DNA of 64,000 nucleotides from a virus: the IMG/VR virus record IMGVR_UViG_3300020154_000115; one strand, given 5' to 3'. This document shows positions 18,936 to 28,460 of this stretch, one piece after another. Made by a program: the position numbers and the translations under genes. How positions within the stretch are numbered: the first letter of the stretch is position 1; each line of letters begins with the position of its first letter. The notes under the pieces were generated by a model. That model saw nothing but the letters and a program-made list of their open reading frames with translations, made no database searches and was not told the origin of the DNA.

Positions 18936-20642
18936 TTAATATTTGAGTTTAGTGTAGTCTACTTTGGAAGGGGATGTTCCTCCAGTGTTACCTTTCTTTG
19001 CCTTATGAATCTCCGATAAGCGGTCATACTCCTCAACCGGGATCACTTCAGTTGAGCCATCATGATATGTTACCTGGATCCCTAAATCAGAAGGGAAAAA
19101 TCCATAGCTTTTTTTCCGGGATACACTTTGTATTCTCTTTCCATTAAGGACCTTGCCCTTCATTTTATCAAGATCCTGATAACTCTGCCACGATTTTATT
19201 TGATCCTGTTCAGCATTGGCAGTCTGTTCATTCATATACGAACGATCAATTCTCGAAGAAAAGAGCTCATTATCCTTTTTCTGGTTCAGCATTCGTAATT
19301 GATCGTACCCAATCTTAAATCCACCTTCCGTTTTAGATGTGTTGAAAATTCCATTGAGCTGCGCTGCATTCATTTCATCGATACTGATTCGTTCAGTTTT
19401 AGGTCTTCCTCTGTCACTGTACTTAACTCGAAATACAATTTGATCATCCGGGGAGTTCTCAATCTCATCATCGAACACTTTCATGGCGCCAGGCTTTGTT
19501 GTACCTGGAACAAAAGAAGCATCAAGTATCTCACCATCACCAAAACGTGCGTTAGCAACTATATAACTCAACGCGGCTTGAGCTTGAGGCGATGGATCAT
19601 CTCTTCGTGATCCGTCCTCATCCCAAAAGGCGTTAAGAATATTCCCAATGTTTTTCATTCGCTCAGTTGCTTTCGGAATATCCTTTTTGGGTATCCCTGT
19701 TTCATCAGGCTGATTGGTGTATGCCCCAGGATAAAACTTAGATCCTGGCCGAACATTCTTATTGAATCCTCCACCAAGTGCTTTGAATCTGCTTGCAAGC
19801 CATTCACGCGGATCAATCCCCTGCTCCTCTGCCATCTGTTGCAGTCTCTGCTTTGCTAATGGACTTCCTGCAAATGAATTCAACACATCATTAGTGATGT
19901 TCATTTGAGGATTACCCCATTCGTCTTCCACTACTCCGGAAGTAGTATTTTGGTCTTTCTGATAAAGCTGGCCTTTAACTTTTAGCTCGATATCGTCAGT
20001 TTCCGTTCCTAAAGCTGTGTTTCGTTTTTCAACCCAGTTGAACACGTTATCCTTGATGTTGCCATAAAAATCTGTTGCATACTTATCCAGATTAAAACCG
20101 GCCGGATCTTGCTGATAAACCTGTGCGATTTGATCAACGTTTATCTGATCAAGAGGCTTTCCATTGCCATGGGCATCCATGATACTATCCCATATCTTTG
20201 GAAAATAATACGTTTGGTCCAGGTAAGGATTTTTTTTAATCTCCTCCATGGTCGCATTGATTTTCTCCTGAATGTAAACTCCTTTCCTGGCCAGGTCATT
20301 CACCTTCTCCCATTGCGTCTTGTTCCAGGCTTGGAATTGAGGATTATCAGTACCTCCACTCGAATAATACTCCATTACCCTGTTCCTGTGCTCCTGAGCT
20401 GCATTGAGCACTTGTTGATTGAATGGATGGAAGGTCTTTTCAGGTGATACCGATATCACCTCAAACATTTTTTTGTCGCGTTCTTGTTTTGCCAGCTTGG
20501 CTTTCTCCGCTTCAATCGCTTTCTTCTTTTCGATATCTGCCATTCGCGACCTTACGGCATTAAAAGGATTCCCCTCTCTGCCAAAAATCTGAGCGGTACC
20601 GGTTGCTTCCCTTCCTTGGTAAACTAAAGATTGTGGATCCAT
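18936..20642 (-). CDS. Internal virion/ejection protein
   Basis: 568 aa helical, Q/K/E-rich; middle of three-gene ejection cassette. Confidence 0.6.
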   Translation of the reverse strand: MDPQSLVYQGREATGTAQIFGREGNPFNAVRSRMADIEKKKAIEAEKAKLAKQERDKKMFEVISVSPEKTFHPFNQQVLNAAQEHRNRVMEYYSSGGTDNPQFQAWNKTQWEKVNDLARKGVYIQEKINATMEEIKKNPYLDQTYYFPKIWDSIMDAHGNGKPLDQINVDQIAQVYQQDPAGFNLDKYATDFYGNIKDNVFNWVEKRNTALGTETDDIELKVKGQLYQKDQNTTSGVVEDEWGNPQMNITNDVLNSFAGSPLAKQRLQQMAEEQGIDPREWLASRFKALGGGFNKNVRPGSKFYPGAYTNQPDETGIPKKDIPKATERMKNIGNILNAFWDEDGSRRDDPSPQAQAALSYIVANARFGDGEILDASFVPGTTKPGAMKVFDDEIENSPDDQIVFRVKYSDRGRPKTERISIDEMNAAQLNGIFNTSKTEGGFKIGYDQLRMLNQKKDNELFSSRIDRSYMNEQTANAEQDQIKSWQSYQDLDKMKGKVLNGKRIQSVSRKKSYGFFPSDLGIQVTYHDGSTEVIPVEEYDRLSEIHKAKKGNTGGTSPSKVDYTKLKY

Positions 20643-20645
20643 GAA

Positions 20646-21416
20646 TTATTGGATTGATGAGTATAAGTTATGACGAGCGTAACGAGGATCATATATCGAC
20701 TCCATGCCAAACATTGGGTCTAATTTTTCAAGTCCGAATCCAATCTTCTTTGCTTTCGGCATCTCAAGTTTATCAAGACCAGCATCCTGGATCTTCCCAG
20801 CTTTTTTAAATTGATCAACGCGATCGGCTGATAACATACCTGATTGTTTTTCAAGCCTTGTTAATCCGGCTTTGTTTCCTAAGGTTGTTTCTTCGAAAGA
20901 TTTATCCGGAAGGAGTGAGACCATATTTTCTCCCAACGTTGTTATCGCGTTGTATTGGTTTCGCATTGACGCACCAAGTAGGGCAGATTTAGTAGCGCGG
21001 TAGGCATCCATGTTTTCTTGCTCATATCGTCCTTGATGGAGTAACAATTGATTAAGATGGTCACTTCTGTTGGCCCGGTATGCTGAATCGGCAACAGACA
21101 AATCTTTTAGCAGCTCCTTCTCACGTGCATCCGCATCAGCTACACCTTGTTGTATTACCCTGCCGTTTCCGCCAACTCGTTTCATCGCATCGATTGAATC
21201 TGTTGTGCTCTGTCGGATCTTTTCAAGTCCACGGGTATAACCAGGACTAAGAGAGATGGAATCTCTTCTTGCGTTCGACACTGCCTCCTTAACTCCTGCA
21301 GGAATGTAGTTGCTGGGCTTAAGGTCTTTTGCCTGTTCCTTTTGTTTGTGGGACTGATACATTTGGTATCCGGCTTGTCCTATTGCTACCAAGGCAGGTA
21401 TTAATGGTGCTGGCAT
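20646..21416 (-). CDS. Internal virion/ejection protein (small)
   Basis: MPAPLIPALVAIGQAGYQ N-terminus followed by coiled coil, typical of small ejection proteins. Confidence 0.65.
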   Translation of the reverse strand: MPAPLIPALVAIGQAGYQMYQSHKQKEQAKDLKPSNYIPAGVKEAVSNARRDSISLSPGYTRGLEKIRQSTTDSIDAMKRVGGNGRVIQQGVADADAREKELLKDLSVADSAYRANRSDHLNQLLLHQGRYEQENMDAYRATKSALLGASMRNQYNAITTLGENMVSLLPDKSFEETTLGNKAGLTRLEKQSGMLSADRVDQFKKAGKIQDAGLDKLEMPKAKKIGFGLEKLDPMFGMESIYDPRYARHNLYSSIQ

Positions 21417-21428
21417 AGTTGAAATTTT

Positions 21429-24400
21429 TTAAATAGAAAATTCTAATGTTTTAACTACTAAGTTGATCTCACTCAAAGGAGCTTCATCTATTCTGTTGCA
21501 AATCACTTCAAGCTCTATAAAATGCGAAATGATATCATCTCCGGACCTGAGAGCAAGTTGGTGAGCCTCGACAATTGAATTAATGTCCTTCAGTATCGCG
21601 GCCACATACTTTCCTTTCTCAAGAGAAAAGTCATTAGCGGGAATAAATGTTTCCTGCCCTTGCGGAGTGTAGATGCGAATCACCGCAAATTCATCACTGT
21701 TTAAATCTTGAGCGATCTGCCCTCTTAGGTGAACATTTAAGAACAGCTTCTCCTTTGATAACGCTGGGTTACAAATAAATCGGGCCTTTCTTTCGTATTG
21801 AACACCATAGAAATTATTATACGGAACATTTTTGGAGTTGTGAATCCAGATTTGTCCTTGATTGAAACTGAGGAAGTCATTGTTCAATGCCTGGTACCTC
21901 TCACCTAAAAAAGAATACCGGGTTGTCCAGATATTATTTTTAATATTGAACGCCCAGGTTACTCCTGTGATAACCTTCACTGAATTAACAATAACATCAG
22001 GGAAAGTTATCACATATTCTCCGGCGGTGTGATCAAACCCAGCTACTATCTTCACCGTGTTCCGGTATGGAAAATACTGAAGTCCCTTCTGTTGGAAATA
22101 GTTTTCAAGTCCATAAATGGAAACAGGAAACAACCCTGCCTTTGTATACCTTACGACCGCGCCTCTAATGCCATCCCACCACAATGCCATTCCGTCGATT
22201 ACAACTGCTGACTCTGGATTGATAGTCCCATACCGACCTCCCAGCTGCCTATCATCACCGATTACCTGATCGATTTTTACCTGGATGAAATCATTACCCT
22301 GTTTTAAGATCCCTTCTCCAACATACAAACTTGTAGTGTTACGCTCATGGATGGCCAGTAAAACATCCTGTACTTTGAGCAGCATTCTGATCTTTGATCG
22401 TTCAACCGCTACAGGATAATTGTTTGTCGCTATGAACGTAGACAATCCATTTATCTTAGTGTTCTGGATATAGGGTTCGGAAAATAGGACGTTATTAAAA
22501 TAGTCCTCTTCTTTTGCGCCTTTTAATTCAGTATGAATTCTACCAAAATCTGCAGCCGCCTTCGTGTAATCAAGTGTCTTCACTTGCACTCTCGCTTCAG
22601 CTTCTCCCGACACTCTTGAGTCCTCTACGTTAACACCAGGTACACCGGTACGGGAAGTCCTTTTATATTGATAAACAGGAATAGGTGTGGATATTTGCTT
22701 TGAGGACAAAATTCCCGATGGCGATTCAATCGTTTTAATGGCGGCCGCATCTGGTGTTCCGAAATCAAGTTCAGCGCCGGTGATATTTAACTCAACAAAA
22801 CTATGATCAACTTCACGTGCATTGAAATTGTAAGTATCACCATAAATGAAGCCAGAAAGGACAGAAAAATTTCCATCAACAACATCAAACACTTCACCAA
22901 CCTCAAAAAATGTTTCATTCGGTTCCTCGCTGGGCTTAAACACCTCAATGCTGGTATTGTGATACGACCACCACGGAAACTTATAGTTTTCTCCGGCTCT
23001 TGGATCGTCAGGCAGATCATCCCGGGTGTACTTCAGGTCAATCACAAGGAACTGGCCAATAACATCTATTACAGGAATGATTCTTTTAGCGCCAGTTGGC
23101 CATCCCTTTGAATTAAACCTGACATAACACGTTGTGTCAGGTATAAATGGAACATTCAAAGGAATCTGCAAATAAACATATTGATATGGCGGGATTACTT
23201 GATCAGACCAGGTGGTCATTTTCCTGAACATTTTCCCTTCAAAAAAATAGTGGTCGGTTGTTTGTGATCCGTCCGTCTCCCCTTCTCTTATGTCCCGAAC
23301 ATATAAATGAGGATTTGTTTTGCACTGAAAGTAATTACTGTAAGTACGCTCATGAGAAAGTACAATTTGATACTTCGCAGCATAAGCCGGGGGAGTTCCA
23401 GATAGGGTCCAGGCAATACGATTCCGCTTTGGTCTATACGCAATGTAGGAATATCCACCACTGGTTACGGTTTCTTGATCTGACTCGAAAGCATATGGAA
23501 CACTCACCGTTTGAGCATTCTCAACAAATGAAGGCTTCCCAAACTGATCGAAATACACTATTCCAACTCCATAAACTCCTCCCTCTTTAAAAAACAATTT
23601 ACCTGGTAGACTATCTATGCGTTGTAAGTTTAATGCTGCCGTTAAGATTGCTCCGGAATGCTCATTAAATCCAGATTCATTTTCAAGGATAATGACACGG
23701 CTTTCAATTAAGCCTAATGCCTCTGATCTGTCGGGAAGATTATCAAACAACCGAACTTCATCAGCACTGGAGACTAAAGTTTTACTCTCGTTATTTCTAA
23801 ATGTAACTAAGGCGCTTGGTCCTGTCGGATCAAGCACCGTATTGAAAATCGTATAATCACCATTATTTCCCCTTCTGAATGCAATCTCAATTTTCTTGAC
23901 CAAGCCTTCCAGTTCTTCAGGAAAAGGAATGGTTACTTGGATTGCGCGTTTCGTTGTTATGACAGCATCAACTCCAATCCCTGGCCATACCAACTTACTC
24001 AGTGGGCTAAACACCGTCTCTTCATTGTCCCGGTATACAAAGCGATATGCAAACTGCCACGTATCATTTGATATTAAACTGATCGACGATACCGTGTCGT
24101 CGATTAGCTCAGCCGTTGGCGGCAACAATGGAGGATACAACGCAAGGGAAATTTCCGCTTCGTTATAAGGCAAGGTATATTCTCCTGCCCTTGCACGTAT
24201 GATATTTATTCTCCGAATTCTATTCTTCCGATCATTCCAAATGTGCGTAGAGTCAATAACTCCTCCCTGCACAATCAGAAAGTCCTTATCGTAATTAAGA
24301 CTACTTCCCTGCAATAATACGCGGAACTGATTGGTTACTTTATCCCATTCAACAACACGGTGATCATTGTTGCTGTTGTAAATGTGATAGATTAGAGTAT

Positions 24401-24641
24401 TCTCTTTTTCGTACTCAAAGGAGCCAATGCAAATATTGTCCCCGGCGGGCAAACTGAAGGATTTAAGCTCGTTTCCCGGTGTGTTACGCAATACACCACG
24501 TTTATTCGATACGTCAATGTAACGACAGTTTAAAGCATCAACCATCTCCCCAGGCATATATTCACGCTGCCCATTCTTCTGTGCGTCTGGAGCTGTGTCC
24601 TTATTGATCCGAATCGGTATGTATTTCTCTACGTCCGCCAT
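21429..24641 (-). CDS. Tail stabilization/nozzle protein
   Basis: 1070 aa; INKD..EMVDALNCRY N-terminus, YQFAYRFVYRDNEE-type motif, C-terminal propeller-like and small beta domain. Confidence 0.75.
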   Translation of the reverse strand: MADVEKYIPIRINKDTAPDAQKNGQREYMPGEMVDALNCRYIDVSNKRGVLRNTPGNELKSFSLPAGDNICIGSFEYEKENTLIYHIYNSNNDHRVVEWDKVTNQFRVLLQGSSLNYDKDFLIVQGGVIDSTHIWNDRKNRIRRINIIRARAGEYTLPYNEAEISLALYPPLLPPTAELIDDTVSSISLISNDTWQFAYRFVYRDNEETVFSPLSKLVWPGIGVDAVITTKRAIQVTIPFPEELEGLVKKIEIAFRRGNNGDYTIFNTVLDPTGPSALVTFRNNESKTLVSSADEVRLFDNLPDRSEALGLIESRVIILENESGFNEHSGAILTAALNLQRIDSLPGKLFFKEGGVYGVGIVYFDQFGKPSFVENAQTVSVPYAFESDQETVTSGGYSYIAYRPKRNRIAWTLSGTPPAYAAKYQIVLSHERTYSNYFQCKTNPHLYVRDIREGETDGSQTTDHYFFEGKMFRKMTTWSDQVIPPYQYVYLQIPLNVPFIPDTTCYVRFNSKGWPTGAKRIIPVIDVIGQFLVIDLKYTRDDLPDDPRAGENYKFPWWSYHNTSIEVFKPSEEPNETFFEVGEVFDVVDGNFSVLSGFIYGDTYNFNAREVDHSFVELNITGAELDFGTPDAAAIKTIESPSGILSSKQISTPIPVYQYKRTSRTGVPGVNVEDSRVSGEAEARVQVKTLDYTKAAADFGRIHTELKGAKEEDYFNNVLFSEPYIQNTKINGLSTFIATNNYPVAVERSKIRMLLKVQDVLLAIHERNTTSLYVGEGILKQGNDFIQVKIDQVIGDDRQLGGRYGTINPESAVVIDGMALWWDGIRGAVVRYTKAGLFPVSIYGLENYFQQKGLQYFPYRNTVKIVAGFDHTAGEYVITFPDVIVNSVKVITGVTWAFNIKNNIWTTRYSFLGERYQALNNDFLSFNQGQIWIHNSKNVPYNNFYGVQYERKARFICNPALSKEKLFLNVHLRGQIAQDLNSDEFAVIRIYTPQGQETFIPANDFSLEKGKYVAAILKDINSIVEAHQLALRSGDDIISHFIELEVICNRIDEAPLSEINLVVKTLEFSI

Positions 24642-25423
24642 TAAATTTGAACCACTAAAGTGTTACCTGATACCAAAGCCTCTCTCACGTCATCAAGGTC
24701 CATGTGGGTTATCCGGTGTTGGTATTTGGTCAATGATTTATTGTACGCACTCTCCGCTCTGGATTTCTCCCCAAGACTATAACGATCATCGTTTTCTTTC
24801 CTTTGCCACTTCACCCAATCCTTCAATACCCAGAACGCGTACGGATTAACAACAGTCATGGCTGATGCGTCTAATCCATCGCTAATGTATTCCAGGTAAA
24901 CTTTTGTATGTCCCTGCACAGTTTCTTTGAAGTTGATGACCCGCTGCTTCCAATCAACATCAAAGTATCCCAGATAATTGTAGTCAATGTTAACCCCATA
25001 GTATTTCGCGACACCAACCCCGTTATAAGTATAAAAGGGACTCATGTCCCCGATTGCTACTACGTTGTTTATGTCACGGTACGACCTGTTCTCCTGTTTG
25101 ACTCCATTCACTTTATCATGGAGTTTTGAGATGAAAGAATCTTGAGTGAGAATTTTTATCAGATCCCCACACTTAAACCCAACACGGACCCAATCCACCA
25201 TATCCATTGGAAAATCAATTTGCTTCCATGGTTTGATTTCGATTTCGACAGTCTTAACCTCGCAGGACGCATCAAAACTAAACTCCCGCCATCCTTCCAT
25301 CGCCAAGTGCAGATAGTACTCAACACGCTCATTTCCTTCATGAAGATCTTTCGCCACCGAGTAGGCAACCGCGATCAAGGAATAAAATCGGCTACGATCG
25401 AACGTCTTACTTAGGTTGCTCAT
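24641..25423 (-). CDS. Tail ring/adaptor protein
   Basis: FPMDMVDWVRVG..YLEYISDG; position next to stabilization protein. Confidence 0.6.
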   Translation of the reverse strand: MSNLSKTFDRSRFYSLIAVAYSVAKDLHEGNERVEYYLHLAMEGWREFSFDASCEVKTVEIEIKPWKQIDFPMDMVDWVRVGFKCGDLIKILTQDSFISKLHDKVNGVKQENRSYRDINNVVAIGDMSPFYTYNGVGVAKYYGVNIDYNYLGYFDVDWKQRVINFKETVQGHTKVYLEYISDGLDASAMTVVNPYAFWVLKDWVKWQRKENDDRYSLGEKSRAESAYNKSLTKYQHRITHMDLDDVREALVSGNTLVVQI

Positions 25424-26066
25424 TGACAGCTCTTAGGTTAGGGTTTCCATCTGCAATACGGTCCTGAGGGAATTTATTCACTACTCGTTGGGCAACGATG
25501 TCCCGGATACGCGCTACGTTTTCAGGAAGCACAGGAAGGGGATCGTTATTACCAATCGAGTCAGGCGCGGGAACGATCAGTTTTAAAAAGACCTTGAAGA
25601 TTTTATCTCTCTTGATATCGCGAACGAAAAATATTCGCATGCCCTCCAGGTAATACATATAAATTCCCTCCACATCTCCAATCGGCAGGTGTGCCGATAC
25701 TTGCGGGTTGGCAACCTGTACCATTGATTGTTGAAGGTGTTTGGCTTCGGGCTTAACCGGAACCACATCGTGTATGCCGCGGTTATGTTTTAACGAAAGA
25801 AAGTTTTCGGACACACCAATATATGCGCGCTTTGATACATCATCGATCAGGACATCAACCACGTAGGTAGCAACAAAAAGCCCTACAGAAATCTTGTCAT
25901 CCTGATGCCCTTGTCTTCTTTGAAGGATTTCAAGTTTAAGGTCCTCCCGCATAGCATCACGGTACTCCTTTGCTATGTAGTCAGGATCATAGGGAGAATC
26001 GTCTGGAACGTCTCCTCCACTAAGTCGTCTGATAATCAGTTCGACTTCCTGGTTAATTGTCGTCAT
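25407..26066 (-). CDS. Tail ring/adaptor protein
   Basis: IIRRLSGGDVPDDS N-terminus; same size class and tandem with other ring genes. Confidence 0.55.
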   Translation of the reverse strand: MTTINQEVELIIRRLSGGDVPDDSPYDPDYIAKEYRDAMREDLKLEILQRRQGHQDDKISVGLFVATYVVDVLIDDVSKRAYIGVSENFLSLKHNRGIHDVVPVKPEAKHLQQSMVQVANPQVSAHLPIGDVEGIYMYYLEGMRIFFVRDIKRDKIFKVFLKLIVPAPDSIGNNDPLPVLPENVARIRDIVAQRVVNKFPQDRIADGNPNLRAVNEQPK

Positions 26067-26719
26067 TTACGTTGCTCCTGCGATTTAAACAATTCCATGG
26101 CCTGAACCAGTTGGCCCTCTCTGAGATTAACACCAATTACCGAAAGTACCCGGTGAAGTAAATCAGGGTATAACAACGGACTAAATTCAATGTCTACCGA
26201 CTCCGCATCATTATACACATACCTGTTGCCTACAACCGTGTATGCGTATTTTGGCCTATCGGGCATTTTAAAATATAGCAGCTTACATTTTGTTAATGAT
26301 AAGGGAAGTACCTCAAGCTTTTGAACGGGAGGTACGGCTGTATTGAATTCAACACGAGCAATGGGACGATCTGCTGATACCGGACCAATTTTTCGATTAA
26401 CCCGATATGCCCATTTGTCATCAAGCACAAGGTCTATTTTTGTTGTTCCGTCTTCCTTATATAAAACCCGATGATGGGCGTAGTCACCTGGAAGAGTTCC
26501 TGATCCAGCGGTAAGGGTAATTTCTCTTTGACGTTTGAAGGGAGTGAGAAATGAATCTATCTTTTTTGTCTTACCGTAATGATCGATCCATTTATTGTAT
26601 GTGTCCAACACAGTGAAATATAATGCGGAGTCAATCTTCTCCGGAGGTCGCTGGCTAGCGATATGATTTCCCTCAACGAAAGAAAGGAACGTATAAAACT
26701 CTTGAATAAACTTAGCCAA
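26063..26719 (-). CDS. Tail ring/adaptor protein
   Basis: LTPFKR..LPGDYAH..YFKMPDRPKYAY..GVNLRE. Confidence 0.6.
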   Translation of the reverse strand: MAKFIQEFYTFLSFVEGNHIASQRPPEKIDSALYFTVLDTYNKWIDHYGKTKKIDSFLTPFKRQREITLTAGSGTLPGDYAHHRVLYKEDGTTKIDLVLDDKWAYRVNRKIGPVSADRPIARVEFNTAVPPVQKLEVLPLSLTKCKLLYFKMPDRPKYAYTVVGNRYVYNDAESVDIEFSPLLYPDLLHRVLSVIGVNLREGQLVQAMELFKSQEQRK

Positions 26720-27188
26720 TCATATTGTCCCGTTTAAGTAAATACTTTTGAAGCTTAACTATCACATTAAACGCAAGTGGCCCACTGCCTGTTGATCTGG
26801 TTGTGAACGCGTGAAACTGACCATGTGGGATAAATTTGACGGGAGATAACCGAACCTTTCTCTTATTAATTGCGGCAAGCTTAACTTCAATCTCAGCCGC
26901 TTTCTTGTGTTTCCTGTAACTCCAGGCTACTTCAGTTCGGTTTGCAAGAACATGCTTCTCCGGGTTCATAATCCCATACGAATTCATGAGGATCTTTATT
27001 GCCTCTTTCCGGTTCTCAACAATTTGATCAACACATAACTTCAGATCGATGAAGTCCAAAAAAACATCAGCATCCAGGCCTGAATTCACGCAGGCTGACA
27101 TCAATGATTGAAGCTCTGTAACGCTTCTAACCTCAACCTCCATAAAGGCTGACCTTGGATTTTTAATGTTTTTCGAGGATTCGTCCAT
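26712..27188 (-). CDS. Hypothetical protein (possible tail chaperone)
   Basis: 158 aa helical ORF in structural operon. Confidence 0.5.
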   Translation of the reverse strand: MDESSKNIKNPRSAFMEVEVRSVTELQSLMSACVNSGLDADVFLDFIDLKLCVDQIVENRKEAIKILMNSYGIMNPEKHVLANRTEVAWSYRKHKKAAEIEVKLAAINKRKVRLSPVKFIPHGQFHAFTTRSTGSGPLAFNVIVKLQKYLLKRDNMIG

Positions 27189-27213
27189 GACTTATAGACC
27201 AAAATTAATTGTT

Positions 27214-28017
27214 TTACAGCTTCGTCAAAGTACAATTCATTTTGAATCGTCCTTCTTCCGTTATAACAAAAAGGCCATCCGCATTTTTTACAATAGAAAC
27301 TGGCTCATCAATAACATGAGGTTCTTGAGGCTCTTCTGTGACAGGGGTGCCTGCTCCATCAATAAACTTAAAGTATTCTTCAGGTTTGTAAGCATGTACC
27401 CATACATTGTGATCCACACCTGTATATGTTTTCAGTTCGGCATTTATTCCAGCCCCAGCTAACGCACTTATAAATTTATCCGCATCGCTTTTTTCAAAAG
27501 TTATTGTGTTGTCAGCAAGTCCATGCCACCATTTCACAATGCTTCCTTCGAATAACTTGATATCTGGAGTTTGCCCAGTCCAGCCACACACTATCCCATA
27601 CGATTTAAAATAACCTGGCTTATTGCCATTCCATTCGTAAGCATGTTTTGCGCCCCCGATGGTTCCGTTGCCTCCGAGGCTTAAGCCAGTCAAATGCTTT
27701 TCTTCATAACCGAGCGAATCAAGATAAGCAAACAACGACCTAAATACCGAACGATTCCAGGAATCACCATTCAATTGTGGGACAATAATCTCGTGGTCAC
27801 CTTCGTAGCCTGAAGGGTTAATAACATCGCCTGATTTCGCATCAACTCTCCGCAACAGTTTAGGTATCTCGTGCCTTTCCACAATAGATAGAGGTCCTCT
27901 GTCGGCAATCTCGCCTAATCCTGGAAGGAAAAGAATTACGCCTTTCGCAATTTTTGTTTCAGGAGTGTAACGATACAGCTCACCTGATTTACCATATTTT
28001 CCGATATGTCTCTTCAT
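27214..28017 (-). CDS. Alpha/beta-hydrolase (esterase)
   Basis: LFLPGLGE, nucleophile elbow GLSLGG, WHGLADNT (Asp), GVDHNVW (His). Confidence 0.88.
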   Translation of the reverse strand: MKRHIGKYGKSGELYRYTPETKIAKGVILFLPGLGEIADRGPLSIVERHEIPKLLRRVDAKSGDVINPSGYEGDHEIIVPQLNGDSWNRSVFRSLFAYLDSLGYEEKHLTGLSLGGNGTIGGAKHAYEWNGNKPGYFKSYGIVCGWTGQTPDIKLFEGSIVKWWHGLADNTITFEKSDADKFISALAGAGINAELKTYTGVDHNVWVHAYKPEEYFKFIDGAGTPVTEEPQEPHVIDEPVSIVKNADGLFVITEEGRFKMNCTLTKL

Positions 28018-28019
28018 AA

Positions 28020-28448
28020 TTAAACAAGATTAATGATCCCTTCAGCGTTCCATTGAAATGTGAGTGTTCCTGCTTGCGCGGTGATTCCTCCTGCCCCAAC
28101 GTCCTCGACCGCGATTAAAGGTGAAGTTGCCGCGTTACCGGAGTCGAGGTATAGCACTAGGTAGCGAAATACTTTTTGTGCGGTAAGCGTAAAAGTCACA
28201 TCGTTTGCATCGAAGACGCCTTCGTTGTCAGTAGTATCAACGGTTGTTGATTTACCGGCAAGCGTTGCTCCGCCTGTCGTATAGCCATTACCGTTTGCCA
28301 ACTCATTACCGTTTATGTCATCCAAAAATTCGTCGGTGTCCAAATTGGGCACATAGTCATCTGTAAGCAACATCGCCTTGATGGTGCCTGATCCGAAATT
28401 AATTCCCGCGTCGAGAATCTTCTTTTTTGCTGTGTTGTAAATATTCAT
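28020..28448 (-). CDS. Small virion structural protein
   Basis: TIKAMLL..NGNGYTTGGATL..FDANDVTF..LVLY, a common phage tail-associated family. Confidence 0.7.
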   Translation of the reverse strand: MNIYNTAKKKILDAGINFGSGTIKAMLLTDDYVPNLDTDEFLDDINGNELANGNGYTTGGATLAGKSTTVDTTDNEGVFDANDVTFTLTAQKVFRYLVLYLDSGNAATSPLIAVEDVGAGGITAQAGTLTFQWNAEGIINLV

Positions 28449-28460
28449 TGGCGTTTAATT

